Source: an uncultured virus (IMG/VR IMGVR_UViG_3300025087_000039) (Duplodnaviria; Heunggongvirae; Uroviricota; Caudoviricetes). From it: a stretch of 64,000 bases of DNA. Shown piece by piece: positions 38,664-48,890 of the stretch (the first letter of the stretch is position 1; each line of letters begins with the position of its first letter). The stretch lies in the IMG/VR virus record IMGVR_UViG_3300025087_000039, positions 1 to 64,000 of that record. The stretch is one strand, 5' to 3'. A program made the position numbers and the translations under genes. The notes beneath the pieces were generated by a model. That model did not search any database. It saw only the letters and a program-made list of their open reading frames with translations, and was not told the DNA's origin.

Positions 38664-39063
38664 TAGAAAATATTCTAAAGATTTATTTAAAATGTTATAT
38701 GAAAATGTTTTAGAATATGGGCAAGAAGAAAAAATTAGAAGTTATATTAAAGATCTATTTTTATCTAAAGCTAATCTAACGCATGAAGCCGCAAGAGAAT
38801 ATGCTTTAAATGATCTTAAAATCGATTATAAAAGATTCGATGAAATTGTTTATAATTTATATCATGAACTTTTAATGAATATTGGAAAACATAATCATGT
38901 TCCTGATGAAGAATTTGATCAAGAACAATTAAAAATGGGAATCAATGTTGAGTTAGAACATACGAATTGCCCAATTATAGCAAAGAATATTGCTAAGGAT
39001 CATTTGAGTGAACCGGGGCTAGAAAAATCTTATTATTCAAAATTGAAGAAGATGGAAAAATAG
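38656..39063 (+). CDS. DUF5661-like protein
   Basis: EQLKMGINVELEHT...AKNIAKDHLSE...YYSKLKKME. Confidence 0.7.
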   Translation: MNNRKYSKDLFKMLYENVLEYGQEEKIRSYIKDLFLSKANLTHEAAREYALNDLKIDYKRFDEIVYNLYHELLMNIGKHNHVPDEEFDQEQLKMGINVELEHTNCPIIAKNIAKDHLSEPGLEKSYYSKLKKMEK

Positions 39064-39150
39064 GGAAAAAAAGAAATTGAAAATGAACAAAAAATTATAG
39101 GAAAAGTTGAATACGCTACTTTCGATAGATTAAAAAGGAGTTATTAAATA

Positions 39151-41514
39151 ATGAGCAAAAAGAATATTCTGTCTGAAAATTCAGAGAAGATCGCAATTTC
39201 TAGATATTTTGAACCTGGAGAAGATTGGGAAAGTGCCACACATAGAGTAGCTAAAAATATTGCCTCTGTAGAAAAAGAAAAAGATAATTATACCCGGGCA
39301 TTTCATGAAATACTTTATAATCAAGATTTTCTTTGTGCTGGAAGAATTTTAAGAAATGCTGGACATGCCAAGGGTTCATTGATTAATTGTTTTGTTTTAC
39401 CCATCGGAGACTCAATTGAAGAGATAGGACAATATTATAAAGAAGCACTTATTCTTTGGTCTGAAGGGGGTGGAGTTGGATGCGACTTTTCTCCTCTTAG
39501 ACCAAAAGGAGATTTGATAAAACAAAAAGGTGGAAAATCTTCTGGACTTTTATCTTTTTTAAAAGCTGGAGATACAGTTGCCTCAACAATCGAAAGTGGA
39601 GGGGCTAGACGAGCGGCTGGATTGGCTGGGGTGGATATATATCATCCAGAATGTATGGATGTTATTAATGCAAAACTCGTTGATAAAGAAATTTCCCATT
39701 ATAATATTTCAATAAGAATTAACGGTGAATTTCTGGAGGCAGTTGAAACAAATTCTGAATGGGAATTTCGTTTTAATCAAAGAAATTATCATAAAATGAA
39801 GGCAAAAGAAATTTGGTATAAAATTTTAGATAATATGATTAAATGTGCTGAACCTGGTCTTTTAAATTTGGATAATCTTTTAAAGAATAATTCATATTAT
39901 TATGACCCGGTTTCAAGTTGTAATCCTTGCCATACTGGGGACACATTAGTTTTTGTTGCGGATGGAAGAGGGCTAGTTCCTTTTAAACAATTGGCTGAAG
40001 AAGATGCTGATGTTCCTGTTTTTTCTTATAATGATAAAACAGGAAAAGTTGAAATTAAAATTATGAGAAGGCCAAGAAAGTCTGGAAAAAATAAGGTCAT
40101 TCTAAAAGTCAATTTAGAAAATGGATTATTTTTTAAAGCAAATGAAATTCATAAAGTCACACTTCAAAACGGAAAAAGAATTAAGATCAATGAATTAAAA
40201 GTTGGAGATTCTTTACATAGCCTAAAAGAAAATATTTTTTCAATAAATTTTCCAAATAAATTTGTAGAGATTGAAAAATCTAATTTAGAGAAAAAGTGTG
40301 AATATTGTGGAACGACTTTTTTAACTGATCAACTCTCAAGAGAAAAATGCTTTTGTAGTTTTCCATGTTATGTCAATAGTAAAAAAGAGAATGAAAATTC
40401 AGTGGAGTCTAAAGAAGGAATAAAAGTTGTTAGTATAGAGACGTTAGAAAAAGAAGATGTTTTTAATGGAACTGTTGATGATAATCATAATTATTATGTT
40501 TTTGTTGGTAAAGAAGATATAAACGATAAAGAGAAAAATTTATTTTTTATTAATAGCCGAAATTGTGGTGAAGCTATTTTAGAGCCGCATGGAATTTGTG
40601 ATCTTGGATCAATTGTTTTACCCAATTTTATCACAGGATCTGTAAATACAAATTGGAGAAAACTCGAAGCCACTATAAAACTTGCAGTTCGGTTTTTAGA
40701 TAATGTCATTGATGTAAATAAATATCCATTAAAAGAGGTTGATATAAAAGCCCATAATTCAAGGAGAATTGGTCTTGGGGTTTTGGGGTTAGCAGAATAT
40801 CTTTTTGCTAAACAACTTAGATATGGCAGCAAAAGAGCCAATGAAGAAGTTGAAAGATTAATGAAATTTTTTAGGGATTGTGTTTATCAATCTCTTGTTG
40901 AGTTAGCCTCTGAAAAAGGAGCTTTTCCAAAGTTTGATGCAATCCCATATCTTCGGGCATCTTTTATCAAAAAGCTTCCACCAAAACTTAGACTTGATAT
41001 TAAGAAATATGGAACGCGTTGTGTGACTGGAATGTCCATAGCTCCAACGGGAACAATTTCTCTTTTGACATCTTATACTGGAGGGATAGAGCCTCTTTTT
41101 GCAAAGGCATATAGGCGTGAAGATCGTGTTGGAGAAAGAATTTATGTTCATCCTCTTTATAAAAAGTTATTGGAAAATAATGAAGAAATTCCAGAATGGT
41201 TTGTTGATACCTCAGAATTAAAACCTGAGGATCATTTTGAAGTTCAATGCGCGGTTCAAAGATATGTTGATGGAGCTGTTTCTAAAACAATTAATATGCC
41301 GAAAGGCTCAACAACTGAACAATTAGATAATCTTCTTTTAGAATATATTAAAGATCTTAAAGGGGTTACGGTTTATGTCGATGGGTCAAGAGAGGGTCAA
41401 ATATTAAATATTGTTTCTGAAAAAGATGCAAGAGAATATATCAAGAAAGAACAGACAAATTCAAATCTTACAGAAAAAGATGTTTCTTGCATTTCAGGAA
41501 AATGTGAGATATAG
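39151..41514 (+). CDS. nrdJ: Class II (adenosylcobalamin-dependent) ribonucleotide reductase with intein
   Basis: GRILRNAG, LINCFV, GGARRAA, EPG, NP-(intein)-CGE, CDLGS, RRIGLG, IAPTGTIS, KGVTVY, C-terminal CxxGxC; no nrdB nearby. Confidence 0.85.
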   Translation: MSKKNILSENSEKIAISRYFEPGEDWESATHRVAKNIASVEKEKDNYTRAFHEILYNQDFLCAGRILRNAGHAKGSLINCFVLPIGDSIEEIGQYYKEALILWSEGGGVGCDFSPLRPKGDLIKQKGGKSSGLLSFLKAGDTVASTIESGGARRAAGLAGVDIYHPECMDVINAKLVDKEISHYNISIRINGEFLEAVETNSEWEFRFNQRNYHKMKAKEIWYKILDNMIKCAEPGLLNLDNLLKNNSYYYDPVSSCNPCHTGDTLVFVADGRGLVPFKQLAEEDADVPVFSYNDKTGKVEIKIMRRPRKSGKNKVILKVNLENGLFFKANEIHKVTLQNGKRIKINELKVGDSLHSLKENIFSINFPNKFVEIEKSNLEKKCEYCGTTFLTDQLSREKCFCSFPCYVNSKKENENSVESKEGIKVVSIETLEKEDVFNGTVDDNHNYYVFVGKEDINDKEKNLFFINSRNCGEAILEPHGICDLGSIVLPNFITGSVNTNWRKLEATIKLAVRFLDNVIDVNKYPLKEVDIKAHNSRRIGLGVLGLAEYLFAKQLRYGSKRANEEVERLMKFFRDCVYQSLVELASEKGAFPKFDAIPYLRASFIKKLPPKLRLDIKKYGTRCVTGMSIAPTGTISLLTSYTGGIEPLFAKAYRREDRVGERIYVHPLYKKLLENNEEIPEWFVDTSELKPEDHFEVQCAVQRYVDGAVSKTINMPKGSTTEQLDNLLLEYIKDLKGVTVYVDGSREGQILNIVSEKDAREYIKKEQTNSNLTEKDVSCISGKCEI
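39928..40563 (+). mobile_element. Intein (212 aa) at the RNR thiyl-radical Cys
   Basis: Starts CHTGDTLV, ends DVFNGTVDDNHNY...INSRN|CGE; no LAGLIDADG motif, internal CxxC...CxxxC. Confidence 0.88.
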
Positions 41515-41526
41515 GAGATAAATAAA

Positions 41527-41736
41527 ATGTTGGTTTTAATGCCCAATGAAGTTTGTAAATTAGTTTGTCAATATTCAGAAAGATGCAATGGAACTAATCC
41601 AAATAGAAATGTAAAGTTTACTTGTGAATTTCTTCAGGAAGATGGCTCAATAAAAGACAGAAAAATGAAAGGGCGAAATTCCTTAGATCAAACGGGTAAA
41701 ATGGAAGTTTTGATGGAGACCCCATGTCTGAAGTAA
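41527..41736 (+). CDS. Small Cys-rich hypothetical protein
   Basis: SD AGGAG; four Cys in the first half. Confidence 0.6.
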   Translation: MLVLMPNEVCKLVCQYSERCNGTNPNRNVKFTCEFLQEDGSIKDRKMKGRNSLDQTGKMEVLMETPCLK

Positions 41737-42155
41737 ATAATAATATTAATGAAAAACTAATTTCTGAGTTTTCTATTCAAAGAGATGAATTAGTAAAGAT
41801 GATTCAGGAATTAGAAGTTTTAAAACAAAAAATTGATAGATTATTTGGTGATAATTTAGATCATAAATATATGAGATTTTTTGAAGAAAAAGTTAAATCA
41901 GCGACTGAATTATTTAAAACTATTTTAGATATTAGAAAAGAGATTATCAAATCATTAAAAGATGAATTAGAATTTAGAAGAAAAATTGATCTTAATAATA
42001 ATAATAATAATAATGATAATCCTGATAATATAAATTATGATGATTTAGCTAAAAAGGTTGAATTATTAAATATAGCTAAAGAAAGATTTAAGAACAATAA
42101 AAATCTTAAAAAGATTGAGAGTTTTGATGAAGGAAAAAAACAAGAAGTTGGGTAA
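41724..42155 (+). CDS. Coiled-coil hypothetical protein
   Basis: 143 aa with poly-Asn run. Confidence 0.65.
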   Translation: MSEVNNNINEKLISEFSIQRDELVKMIQELEVLKQKIDRLFGDNLDHKYMRFFEEKVKSATELFKTILDIRKEIIKSLKDELEFRRKIDLNNNNNNNDNPDNINYDDLAKKVELLNIAKERFKNNKNLKKIESFDEGKKQEVG

Positions 42156-42191
42156 CAAATATAAAAGTTCACTTTTATAAAGGAGAAAGTA

Positions 42192-43469
42192 ATGTCTGAA
42201 TTAGAGAATGGTGAAGAGAAAGAAATTATTCCTAAGGACAATGAAGAAAAAGGTGAGACGTTTAATATTCTTCCAGATGAGCCGGCGCCTTCTTCATTCC
42301 AAGAGGTATCTGAGTTTATTGATATCATGTCTGATATTAAAAAGAATGCTGTGCCCATAGAAGACACTTTTATTGAGGAAAAGCCAAAGAAAAGATCGAA
42401 AACAGAAAATGTTGAAACATCAGAGCAGCAAAATTTATTTGAAGAATTTTCATCTTTCCTCAAGAAGACAAAAGAAATAACTCAAGATTTTGAAGATCGA
42501 GGAACCATTCCAACTGGAATTGATATTTTAGATGCCATTCTTGGTGGAGGGTTTGCGATTGGAGCGATCAATGTTTTAGTTGGACAGCCTGGCTGTGGAA
42601 AGTCAATGTTAGCGGCTCAATGTTTAGCCAATGCCCAAAAACTTAATCCAAATATGTTGAGTGCATATTTAGATTCTGAAGAGTCTATGACAAGAAATCG
42701 TTTAATTAATCTTGGAATTAATTCTCCTCCAATTACCCCATATAATGAAATAACAATTGAAAAGGTTTTTAAATTTATTGAGGGTCTTTGTGTATTTAAA
42801 GAAACTAAAAAAATTATCGAAACTCCATCAATGGTTATTTGGGACTCGATTGCAAATACCTCAACGGATAAAGAAAAGGATCCAACTATTGATGTGAATC
42901 AAGTCATAGGGTATAAAGCAAGATTGTTAAGTTTTCTTTTGCCAAAATATATTACGAAACTTAGAAAACATAATATTTGTTTATTATCTGTAAATCAGTT
43001 GAGAGATGTGATGGCAATGGGACAATTTGCTCCTCCGAGGGATTTGAAGTTTCTCTCATCGACAAAAGATATGCCAAGTGGAAATTCTCTAAAGTTTAAT
43101 AGTTTTCAACTTTTAGAAATCAAGGTTCGTGGTGAGGTAAAAGAAGAAGATTATGGCTTCAGAGGATTTTTAGCTGAGATAAAGTGTGTTAAGAATAAGT
43201 TATTTACCCCAAATATTCCAGTTCCTATTTGTGGAAATTTCGTCAGAGGTTTTTCGAATTTCTGGACAAATTTTAATTATCTTCATACAACAAAAAGACT
43301 GACTGGAGCTGCTGGTTGGTGGAAGTTAACAGATTATCCTGAAATTAGATTTAGACGAAAAGACGCAGAAGAACAATATGAAACAGATTTAGCTTTTAAA
43401 GAGACATTTGATAAATGTGCTAAAGAAGCCATAAAGATAGATTTTATTGATAAATATGGCGATGCATAA
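42192..43469 (+). CDS. RecA/UvsX-family recombinase
   Basis: IPTGIDILDAILGGG, GQPGCGKS, YLDSE, IWDSIA, VNQLR, KNK. Confidence 0.9.
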   Translation: MSELENGEEKEIIPKDNEEKGETFNILPDEPAPSSFQEVSEFIDIMSDIKKNAVPIEDTFIEEKPKKRSKTENVETSEQQNLFEEFSSFLKKTKEITQDFEDRGTIPTGIDILDAILGGGFAIGAINVLVGQPGCGKSMLAAQCLANAQKLNPNMLSAYLDSEESMTRNRLINLGINSPPITPYNEITIEKVFKFIEGLCVFKETKKIIETPSMVIWDSIANTSTDKEKDPTIDVNQVIGYKARLLSFLLPKYITKLRKHNICLLSVNQLRDVMAMGQFAPPRDLKFLSSTKDMPSGNSLKFNSFQLLEIKVRGEVKEEDYGFRGFLAEIKCVKNKLFTPNIPVPICGNFVRGFSNFWTNFNYLHTTKRLTGAAGWWKLTDYPEIRFRRKDAEEQYETDLAFKETFDKCAKEAIKIDFIDKYGDA

Positions 43470-43543
43470 AAGTTCTGATAATCTTTTTTGTTGAGAACAA
43501 AATAAAAATTTAAATCTTTTTATTGTGAAACAGGCGGAGGAAA

Positions 43544-43861
43544 TTGAATATGAGTTCTTCAATGGCTGATATTTTAAAAGATTACGTAAAAGAATCTATT
43601 AAAAATCTTGTCGATAAACCATCTGAAGTTTTTGTCAATGTTTCAATTTCAACCAAAACAATTATTGTTCAAATCTCTGTTGATAAAAGTGATTGTGGTA
43701 AAGTCATTGGAAAGAAAGGCAGAACAATAACGGCTTTAAATATTATCGTGACTGCGATAAAAAATACAAAATTTATAAATGATTCAAGAAAAGTATCATT
43801 GGTAGTTTTAGAAGATGAAACCAATGAAAGACCCAGTAAAAGACATGGAGGAAAAGAGTAA
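43544..43861 (+). CDS. khpA: KhpA-like single-KH RNA-binding protein
   Basis: LVDKPSEV...VDKSDCGKVIGKKGRTITAL: UPF0109/KhpA signature with GxxG loop. Confidence 0.8.
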   Translation: MNMSSSMADILKDYVKESIKNLVDKPSEVFVNVSISTKTIIVQISVDKSDCGKVIGKKGRTITALNIIVTAIKNTKFINDSRKVSLVVLEDETNERPSKRHGGKE

Positions 43862-44427
43862 TGTTAAGCCCTACTTCAAAAGAAAGAATTCTTGAAAATT
43901 TTTATAGTATAGATTATATATTTTTTGGAAAGCCTGTTAGGGAAATGAAAACTTGTTGTGAAGCATTGATGGAAGAATATTTGACTATTAAAGGGTCTCT
44001 TTTAAGTGTTTTGTCTGAAATGTATAAAGTGACAAAACATTCTCCAAAACCAATTGGTCAGAAATTAACGGAGAAGAGACTACACATTTTAGCCGCAGAA
44101 AGTGCAAAAATTGCTAGGCAAAATAGTAAGGCAATTTTAGTTACAGAAAAGTCTGAAAAGGATATTAAAAAGGCTGTGAAATCCTTGATTCAGGAATCAA
44201 AGAAAGTTAAAATTAATGAGGCGGTTGAAAAAACTATTAGGAAAAAGGGATTCTCTTTGGCTATCGATAATCTTTTAATTTCAAGAATGTTAAATGAATC
44301 AAAGTCTCCCAAATCTTTAAATGAAATGGATGGAAGAATTATTGAAGAAGCTTATAAAGTTCTTAGAGAATCTCTCGTGGACTCAGCTATTTTGATTGCG
44401 GAATCTAATGAGTCTAAAAACAAGTGA
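43861..44427 (+). CDS. Hypothetical protein (possibly head-internal)
   Basis: 188 aa; several (I/L)xES motifs. Confidence 0.6.
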   Translation: MLSPTSKERILENFYSIDYIFFGKPVREMKTCCEALMEEYLTIKGSLLSVLSEMYKVTKHSPKPIGQKLTEKRLHILAAESAKIARQNSKAILVTEKSEKDIKKAVKSLIQESKKVKINEAVEKTIRKKGFSLAIDNLLISRMLNESKSPKSLNEMDGRIIEEAYKVLRESLVDSAILIAESNESKNK

Positions 44428-45310
44428 TCTAAAAGATCTTTTAACTTATTTAGAAACGAATAAGGGGAAGTCCCAAGAAGATTTAAAAAGTGGGACTTCC
44501 CCTTATTTCCAACAAACAGAAATAAAGAAAAATGAATCAAAAGAAGATTTTAAAGATCTTCAACAAAATATTAAAACAACATATAAAGAAACAAGTTGTT
44601 TTGATGTAGAACTATTTGAAAAAATAATAAGAAAAAAATTATTACAAGAAAAAAATAAACCTCAAGAATATGAACGACCGTATATTTCTGTAACTGAATT
44701 ATTTTCATGTTTGAGAAAAATTTATTATGCCAGAATGAATTATCAAATCAATGAACAAAAAGTTTTTATTTATCCTTATAGTTATTTAATGAGAGAAACT
44801 GGATCTTTTATTCATAAGATGATTCAAGAGATTTACCCTTTTGATGAAGTGGAAAAAACAATAATAAGCGAAAAATATAAAGTCAAGGGAAAAGTTGATG
44901 GAATTATTAAAAATAATGTTATAGAAATAAAAACTATAGATCCTGATAAATTTGAAAATAAATATAGAGAAAATGATTTAATACAAGGATTAATATATTC
45001 TGAGATTTTAAATAAGGAATATGGATATAATATCACAAATGTGACTTTGATATATATTTTAAGAACATTAAAAAAGCCAGTTATTTTTGATCTTCCTTGT
45101 AATGAGGAGATTTCTTTAAAATATTTAAAATATGGACCCATTCTAAAAAAGCATTTAGATGAGAAAACTGTTCCTGAAAAAATAGGAAAGACAAAAGAAC
45201 AATGTACATATTGTGAATATAAAGATTTTTGTATAAAAGATGGAGGCGATGATATTCAATCTCCGCCAAAGGAAAAAAGAAATAAGAAAGATTCTATCTT
45301 TTTGTTTTAG
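44408..45310 (+). CDS. Cas4-like PD-(D/E)xK exonuclease
   Basis: SCLRKIYY, GSFIH, GKVDG, IEIKT, QGLIY, CTYCEYKDFC. Confidence 0.85.
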   Translation: MSLKTSDLKDLLTYLETNKGKSQEDLKSGTSPYFQQTEIKKNESKEDFKDLQQNIKTTYKETSCFDVELFEKIIRKKLLQEKNKPQEYERPYISVTELFSCLRKIYYARMNYQINEQKVFIYPYSYLMRETGSFIHKMIQEIYPFDEVEKTIISEKYKVKGKVDGIIKNNVIEIKTIDPDKFENKYRENDLIQGLIYSEILNKEYGYNITNVTLIYILRTLKKPVIFDLPCNEEISLKYLKYGPILKKHLDEKTVPEKIGKTKEQCTYCEYKDFCIKDGGDDIQSPPKEKRNKKDSIFLF

Positions 45311-45321
45311 GAGATTTCGAT

Positions 45322-46611
45322 ATGCCTATCGTAATATATCCGATGTTATTTCCACAATCAATATCTTCTAATATTATTCCTGGCATTGTTAAAGCCTTGG
45401 AAGTTTATACGTTAGTTTATAAGCAAGATGAAATTATGAGGAGAGTTAGCCCACAATGGGCTAAGCAATGGATGGGAATTAATGATTCTGAAATGATCTC
45501 TATAGACGGACATTTAATATCTGAAGTTGAGGGAACTGTCCCAGGTGGAGATTTTAAAATTCCAGGTGGAGAGGCAGGAAAAAAATCACAAGCTCAACGA
45601 GATGAAGAAAATGCTGAAGAATTTTTTCGAAAACAAAGAGAGTTTGAACAAAGAGAAAAAGAACATGAATTAAGACAAAAAGAATTAAAACATAGAATTG
45701 AAGATTTAAAACAAAGACAAGATGAAATGAAATGGCAAAAAGGTGAAAGAGCTTCTAAAGATTTTGAAAAAGAAAAAGCTCAAATTGAAAAAGATCTTCA
45801 AAGAGCTGAGGAACAAGGAAGAAAAGAAAAAAGTGAAATTTTAAAAATCATTCAACAAAGAGAAGAATTAGAATTAAAGAAAAAAGAATCTGAAAGAAAA
45901 GAAGCTGAGTGGGAAGCAAAGGGCAAAGGAGGGACTGTTGATGTTAGCCCTATCTCAACTGGGTTGACTCTTGAGCCCACATGGGTTAAAATGACGATAA
46001 AAACCAGAGATGGTGGAGAGACGACTGGTTTATTAGGAATAAAAGTTATCCCTTATATGGTTAAATCAGAAGCCGATTTAGCACAACTTCTTTTATATGA
46101 TAGACAAATTAGTAAAATTGAAAGTTATATTTTAAATAAAGGAAGACAGGTATTAAAACTTTTGTATAAGTTTTGGGATCGGGGAATTTGGAGATCAAAG
46201 GGCAGTACTGTTAAAGGCGATGTTCGTCATGATATAATTATGGCTAGAACATCCTTTAGAGATTTATATGCATCTATAAATTTTTCATCTTTAAATGATG
46301 ACTTTTTTAAATCTGCAGGAAGAATAAATAGATTATATAAGATGGGGTGGTCTTCATTGATTTTCTTAGATGATGTTAATCGACGGGTAATGTTTTGTAT
46401 GAAAGAATTTAAAGGGATGTGTTCAATTACAAATTATAGTTTTTTGTACTCAAGCGTTGGGGTTGGAACTCATTCTAGAGTTTTTGAAAATATGGAAGAA
46501 GTTAAAGCCAGTGCAAGTTCTATTTTTAAAACTCAAATTAAAGAAACAAAATTATTAGGAGAATCAGTTGCACAAAATAAATTAATAGATTATAAAGCTG
46601 GGAGAATTTAA
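45322..46611 (+). CDS. Hypothetical protein with central coiled coil (probably virion)
   Basis: 429 aa. Confidence 0.65.
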   Translation: MPIVIYPMLFPQSISSNIIPGIVKALEVYTLVYKQDEIMRRVSPQWAKQWMGINDSEMISIDGHLISEVEGTVPGGDFKIPGGEAGKKSQAQRDEENAEEFFRKQREFEQREKEHELRQKELKHRIEDLKQRQDEMKWQKGERASKDFEKEKAQIEKDLQRAEEQGRKEKSEILKIIQQREELELKKKESERKEAEWEAKGKGGTVDVSPISTGLTLEPTWVKMTIKTRDGGETTGLLGIKVIPYMVKSEADLAQLLLYDRQISKIESYILNKGRQVLKLLYKFWDRGIWRSKGSTVKGDVRHDIIMARTSFRDLYASINFSSLNDDFFKSAGRINRLYKMGWSSLIFLDDVNRRVMFCMKEFKGMCSITNYSFLYSSVGVGTHSRVFENMEEVKASASSIFKTQIKETKLLGESVAQNKLIDYKAGRI

Positions 46612-46613
46612 TA

Positions 46614-47273
46614 ATGGCTAAAACTATAATTCAAGAATATTTAGAGAATATTTATTTACAAGAATCTCTACTAAATGAAGGGTTATCTGATTTTATTGGA
46701 AAATTAACTCCAGAAAAAATTAAGGATATTTTTAAAAATTTACAAGGAAGTATTTCTAAAGGGAATTTAGAAAACGCATATGCACATTTGAAATCTATAG
46801 GAATAAAAATGACTTCGATTGATAAGATCGAAGAACTAGGTGAAAAGATTGATCCAAAATATAAAGAAGTTTATCAGGACTCAAAAGCATTATTATCATC
46901 AAAAGTTCCAAAGTTAAAAGATGATTATTTAAATATTGGATCAATAGCGGTTTCATTATATTCAATTTATCAAGATAAAGAAAATCCTAAGAAATCTTTA
47001 CATGATAACGTAAATAAATTTTCTAATACATTTTTAGGTTTATTTAAAGAGAAGAGTGAAGAAAAAGTTGATATGCCAAAAGGTGTATTTTTAGAGTTTG
47101 CAATAGGGTGGGCTTTATTACTTTCTATCGTAATACTTTACGGAAAGGCAATTTTTTATATTGCGATTGCCGCTTTGGTTTATTGGAAGGTAACGATTTT
47201 TGGTTTGGTATTAATTTTAATTGGTTATCTTGTAAATAAACTCCTTGATATGATTGATAAAGGGAGTAGATAA
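46614..47273 (+). CDS. Hypothetical protein with C-terminal TM helices
   Basis: N-terminal YLENIYLQESLLNEGLSDF; paralog of the next ORF. Confidence 0.65.
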   Translation: MAKTIIQEYLENIYLQESLLNEGLSDFIGKLTPEKIKDIFKNLQGSISKGNLENAYAHLKSIGIKMTSIDKIEELGEKIDPKYKEVYQDSKALLSSKVPKLKDDYLNIGSIAVSLYSIYQDKENPKKSLHDNVNKFSNTFLGLFKEKSEEKVDMPKGVFLEFAIGWALLLSIVILYGKAIFYIAIAALVYWKVTIFGLVLILIGYLVNKLLDMIDKGSR

Positions 47274-47904
47274 TATGAAAGAAACTAAACTTATTCTAGA
47301 TTTTTATCTTGAAAATATTTGTACTGAAAATGTTTTACAAGAAGATATTTCTGATTTTTTACAAAAAAAAATACCTATTGAATATATTAGCTCTTTAAAA
47401 AATTCAGTGTTAAATTTTTCAAGAGAAGGGAAGCTCGATAAGGTTTTAAATTTATTCAGGTTTATACCAAAGGTTTTAAGTTACGATAATTTAATACAAA
47501 AGGCAGAAAAATATAAACCTTCTTTTCAAACTGATTATAAAAAGAATTTATCAATTTTAGAAGATTCTTACGGAGATAATATTCATAAATCTATCTTAGA
47601 ACCCGTGGCGGCAATTTTATCTTTAAGCCCTTTAACCAGAAATGACACAATAAAAGGGTTCTCTAAAAATTTTAACAATACATATTCAAAAAGTTTTGAA
47701 ATTGGATGGTTAGAAGATCTTCAAAAAACTGGATTAATTGAATATACCATAAAATTTGTTTATGCATCTTTAGAATGGTTTTATGATGTTTTTACACAAG
47801 CTGGAATCTCAGAATTTGTCATTTTAAATATTTGTTTAATGCTAATTATTTATTTGATTTTAAATGCTATTAAATATATCAAAGATAGGAAAAGGGAAGG
47901 TTAA
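47254..47904 (+). CDS. Hypothetical protein with C-terminal TM helix
   Basis: N-terminal YLENICTENVLQEDISDF. Confidence 0.65.
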   Translation: MIKGVDNMKETKLILDFYLENICTENVLQEDISDFLQKKIPIEYISSLKNSVLNFSREGKLDKVLNLFRFIPKVLSYDNLIQKAEKYKPSFQTDYKKNLSILEDSYGDNIHKSILEPVAAILSLSPLTRNDTIKGFSKNFNNTYSKSFEIGWLEDLQKTGLIEYTIKFVYASLEWFYDVFTQAGISEFVILNICLMLIIYLILNAIKYIKDRKREG

Positions 47905-48501
47905 ATGGGTGATAATATTGAATTAAGATCAAATATAAAAGATCTTGAATTATATAGCGATACAGTTCCATTTCGTTTAAGTTTAAAAATTGAAAATTTT
48001 GAAGATGAAAAAGCCTATGTTCAATTTATAAGATCTTGTGAAAAATTAGTTAGAATTTCCTTAGAATATAAACAATGGAAAAATTATATTATAGATGTGA
48101 TAGGGATGAATCATTGTTTTATAACCAATGAATTAATAGATGAAGTTTCTATCGAAGTTCATCATCATGTTCCTTCTTTATATATTTTAATAAAAACTTT
48201 GATAAATAAAAAAATTGAAGAGAAGGAAAAGTTTTCATCTTTTGATATATCCGATGAGGCAATAAGATTACATTTTATGAATAAGATAGGATATATTTGT
48301 TTGGTAAAAACACTTCATGAAAAATTTCATAATGGTTTTTTAACAATCCCACAAAGTTTGATTAAAGGAGATTATAAATATTTTATCGAGAAATACTCAA
48401 AATATATTGAGGATTCTGACTTACAATTAATACAACAAAGATTATCGATAAATGAAAGTAATTGTACATGGTCTAAAGATGATTATAGGAAAATAGCATA
48501 A
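47905..48501 (+). CDS. Jumbo-phage HNH-like conserved protein
   Basis: VR.S.EYK.W..Y...C....IEVHHH...L...LHEKFH. Confidence 0.55.
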   Translation: MGDNIELRSNIKDLELYSDTVPFRLSLKIENFEDEKAYVQFIRSCEKLVRISLEYKQWKNYIIDVIGMNHCFITNELIDEVSIEVHHHVPSLYILIKTLINKKIEEKEKFSSFDISDEAIRLHFMNKIGYICLVKTLHEKFHNGFLTIPQSLIKGDYKYFIEKYSKYIEDSDLQLIQQRLSINESNCTWSKDDYRKIA

Positions 48502-48890
48502 TGATAACAATCGATCAAGATGTCAGACAATTAATAAGAATGCCTTTAGATATTTCTAATATGTCTGAAAAATATGTTACGTCAAATGAAATATTTATTT
48601 TCCAATCTCCATCCCTCTGGACATTGGAAAAGAATTTATTTTTTCTTTTAAGAAATTCTTCAGAAAAACCATTTAATAAAAAATATAAGTTTAAACCTAT
48701 GGATTTATCTTTTGATGAATATGGAACTATAAATTATGGGCAGATTCTTATGTACGTAAATGGCGTTATGTCGAGGGAAGAATTTGATTTGGATAAGGTT
48801 GTTATTCCTACGAGTTGGGCTTTAACTGAAATTGTTCAAGATCTTTTTCCCTTAAAAGACGTTGATTCTTTAACAAGGGTAAATTTATAA
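48501..48890 (+). CDS. Baseplate wedge protein (gp53/LysM-like)
   Basis: YKFKPMDLSFDEYGTINYGQILMYVNG...IP. Confidence 0.65.
   Translation: MITIDQDVRQLIRMPLDISNMSEKYVTSNEIFIFQSPSLWTLEKNLFFLLRNSSEKPFNKKYKFKPMDLSFDEYGTINYGQILMYVNGVMSREEFDLDKVVIPTSWALTEIVQDLFPLKDVDSLTRVNL

Noticed and set aside
41994..42014. (AAT)7 microsatellite
   Set aside because: In-frame poly-Asn in an AT-rich gene; no evidence of phase variation
44408..45310. Cas4-like gene suggesting CRISPR-Cas
   Set aside because: No repeat-spacer array or other cas genes seen; solo Cas4-like nucleases are common in phages
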